Source: Nemertoderma westbladi
Taxonomy: Eukaryota; Animalia; Xenacoelomorpha
Direction: 5' to 3'
NCBI GenBank assembly: GCA_032718475.1
Contig: JAUCBJ010006897.1
Span: forward strand, 1-64,000
Length of the DNA stretch: 64,000 nt
In this document: positions 61,201-64,000 of the stretch, piece by piece
How the letters are laid out: each line of letters starts with the position of its first letter
Numbering within the stretch: position 1 is the first letter of the stretch
The notes under the pieces: model-generated
What the model was told of the DNA's origin: nothing
Database searches by the model: none
The model's input: the letters and a program-made list of their open reading frames with translations, nothing else
Made by a program: the position numbers and the translations under genes

Positions 61201-62626
61201 CTAAGTTCGCTTCCAGGATCTAAGTTCGCTTCCAGGATCTAAGTTCGCTTCCAGGATCTAAGTTCGCTTCCATGTTAAAAGTTCTCTTCCAGGATCTAAA
61301 TTAACATCAAGGATCTAAGTTCGTCTTTAGGATCTAAGTTCACTTCCAGGATCTAAGTTCAGATCTTGGTTCTAAGTTCACTTCCAAGATCTAAGTTCGC
61401 TTCCAGGATCTAAGTTCGCTTCCAGGATCTAAGTCCGCTTCCAGGATCTAAGTTGGCTTCCAGGATCTAAGTTCACTTCCAGGATCTAAGTTCGCTTCCA
61501 GGATCTAAGTTCGCTTCCAGGATCTAAGTTCGCTTCCAGGATCTAAGTTCGCTTCCAGGATCTAAGTTCGCTTCAAGGTTCTAAATTCGCTTCCAGGATC
61601 TAAGTTCAGATCTTGGTTCTAAGTTCACTTCCAGGATCTAAGTTCGCTTCCAGGATCTGAGTTCGCCTTCAGGATCTACGTTTACATCTAGTTTCTAAGT
61701 TCGCTTCCAGGATCTAAGTTCGCCTCCGGGATCTAAGTTCGCTTCCAGGATCTAAGTTTGCCTCCAGGATCTAAGATCAGATCTTGGTTCGTTCACTTCC
61801 AGGATCTAAGTCCACTTCCAGGATCTAAGTTCGTCACCAGGATCTAAGTTCAGATCTTGGTTCTAACTTCACTTCCAGGATCTAAGTTCGCTTCCAGGAT
61901 CTAAGTTCGCTTCCAGGTTCTAAGTTCGCTTCCAGGATCTAAGATTGCCTCAAGGATCTAAGTTCAGATATTGGTTCTAAGTTCACTTACAGGATCTAAG
62001 TTCGCTTCCAGGATCTAAGTTCGCTTCCAGGATCTAAGTTCGTTTCCAGGATCTAAGTTCGCTTCCTGGATCTAAGTTCGCTTCCAGGATCTAAGTTCGC
62101 TTCCAGGATCTAAGTTCGCTTCCAGGATCTAAGTTCGCTTCCAGGAACTAAGTTCGCTTCCATGTTAAAAGTTCTCTTCCAGGATCTAAATTAACATCAA
62201 GGATCTAAGTTCGTCTTTAGGATCTAAGTTCACTTCCAGGATCTAAGTTCAGATCTTGGTTCTAAGTTCACTTCCAAGATCTAAGTTCGCTTCCAGGATC
62301 TAAGTTCGCTTCCAGGATCTAAGTCCGCTTCCAGGATCTAAGTTCGCTTCCAGGATCTAAGTTCGCTTCCAGGATCTAAGTTCGCTTCCAGGTTCTAAGT
62401 TCACTTCCAGGATCTAAATTAACATCAAGGATCGAAGTTCGTCTTTAGGATCTATGTTCGCTTCCAGTATCTAAGTTCAGGTCTTGGTTCTAAGTTCACT
62501 TCCAGGATCTAAGTTCGCTTCCAGGATCTGAGTTCGCCTCCAGGATCTAAGTTGACATCTAGGTTCTTAGTTCGTTTCCAGGATCTAAGTTCGCCTCCGG
62601 GATCTAAGTTCGCTTCCAGGATCTAA
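58272..62626. repeat. 19-bp satellite, roughly 230 copies
   Basis: Unit CCAGGATCTAAGTTCGCTT, with recurring variants such as CCTCCGGG and CAGATCTTGG. Confidence 0.97.
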
Positions 62627-63086
62627 AATATAGCCATATCAACCAGATTGTCATACATTGCTTTATTCATGGAGATGAGCCATATATGCTTATTTCTAAT
62701 TTATACACTACACTATATTGTTCTTATTTAAGTATAATGTTCAGGTTGTCAAATGTAAACTTTGTTAATTTATATTTTAATAAATTTTCCCAACTGCAGT
62801 CAGCAGTCAGTCCGATTCAAGTACGATATCTAGGCCTACCCATTACAGTAATTGTTAATTAATACCTACTTCTGATAATAATACAGTAATATATATACCT
62901 AATAAGTTAATACATGTAATACCTAATCTGATAGTAATATTTAGTAAAAGGCATAGGAACTGATTCTTCACTATTGCTGTATTGCCAGCCGGACAGCCAG
63001 ATTGTACAGCTGTACAGTATTATTACATTACTCCAGTTCCAGTTCAAATATTGGAATACCATATACTGATATAACAGTATAACGAA

Positions 63087-63190
63087 CAGGTCAGGTCAGG
63101 TAATTCTAGGTCATTGATCAAGAAAACTTGCCACCTCCATGCAGCATAAAGGAGGTGCCACCTGTAGCTGCATAGACCCTCTTACTAGGT
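63087..63190. repeat. Dispersed repeat; inverted copy at ~43755-43853
   Basis: GGTCAGGTCAGGTA...TTGATCAAGAAAACTTGCCACCTCCATGCAGCATAAAGGAGGTG...GCTGCATAGACCCTCTTACTAG is reverse-complemented at ~43755-43853. It begins a GC-richer block that runs to the window end, possibly a retroelement 5' region. Confidence 0.8.
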
Positions 63191-64000
63191 CAAATCTGGT
63201 CCTGTAACTAGGACCCCCTTCGTTCTGGGATAAGGATGCCCTTGGTCCTGGATTAAGGACCCATATACTTGGCTGCAGGGGTATTTGGCCTGGCCAGGCA
63301 GATGGTGATCTACCAATGGCTGGTCAGGAGTAGAGTATTCTCATGTCCACTCTGAGTGCACTTCACTGCGACCTGTACCTGGCAGCAGGGGTACAGGGCA
63401 TGACCCAGCAGATGAGCTGCACAGCCAATGGTGGGTCATGTGTGCGAGAGTAGATATAGGTGATGGGCCTCATATCTGACTCCACTGCGACACCCACCCT
63501 GTGGAATGGCAAACCAGGGTGTGGTATTTGCCCCAAGAGCTGACTCGGCAAAAAAGCACCCCCCGACCCCCACTATGGATTACATTAGTAATGCGGAGGT
63601 CCAGCCACTAGAGGCCAGTGGAATGACTGGACACAATCGGCCTCACAGGCGTCAGTTATCTCCTGACCGGCTGCCTGTCTCACCCCCTACTGGAGAGAGA
63701 GCGGCAAACAATTCTTTGAGTCCCTTTCCTGATGACCTTTCTGGCCTAAACCCTGGGTCACCAGGGAGGCCAGATTATGAGGGGGAGAGGGATTCTGGAG
63801 TTGGAGGCTACTCTCATGTTCCACCGCGACCAACAAAGCCATTGGTGAATCTGAGGCAAGTCACTAGACTAGCCTCAGTAAACACCCTAACACTCGGGTC
63901 CCCAATACGACAAGGTGTGCTGACTGCCTTGGCAGATAAGCTTTCTCTTAGTGCAGTGGGTGTTCAAGAGCACCGAATGCAGACTGGACAGACTGTGATG

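Overview
AT-rich eukaryotic (most likely invertebrate animal) DNA made almost entirely of nested transposable elements and tandem repeats. I recognise no ordinary host gene, rRNA, tRNA or CRISPR array. From left to right: (1) a minimal type I hammerhead ribozyme of the Penelope-like kind (619-664); (2) a 10.5-kb pogo-like DNA transposon (3919-14423, TA target duplication) whose transposase is split in-frame by a Sola2 transposon (4683-9285) and which also carries a MITE; (3) several 5'-truncated RTE-clade LINE copies; (4) the 3' half of a BEL/Pao LTR retrotransposon with a complete 614-bp 3' LTR; (5) a spliced OTU-like pseudogene split by a piggyBac-type element; (6) an unknown Cys-containing gene split by a Sola1-type element; (7) remnants of Helitron (Rep, PIF1 helicase, RPA-like OB fold), EnSpm, CRE and BEL elements; (8) four satellite or minisatellite arrays (30, 87, ~60 and 19 bp units). 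The most striking object is the BEL/Pao element. In the slot where env normally lies it carries a DEDDy 3'-5' exonuclease-like ORF, apparently joined through a frameshift to a zinc-knuckle region. All protein family calls come from reading motifs by eye; no database search was run.
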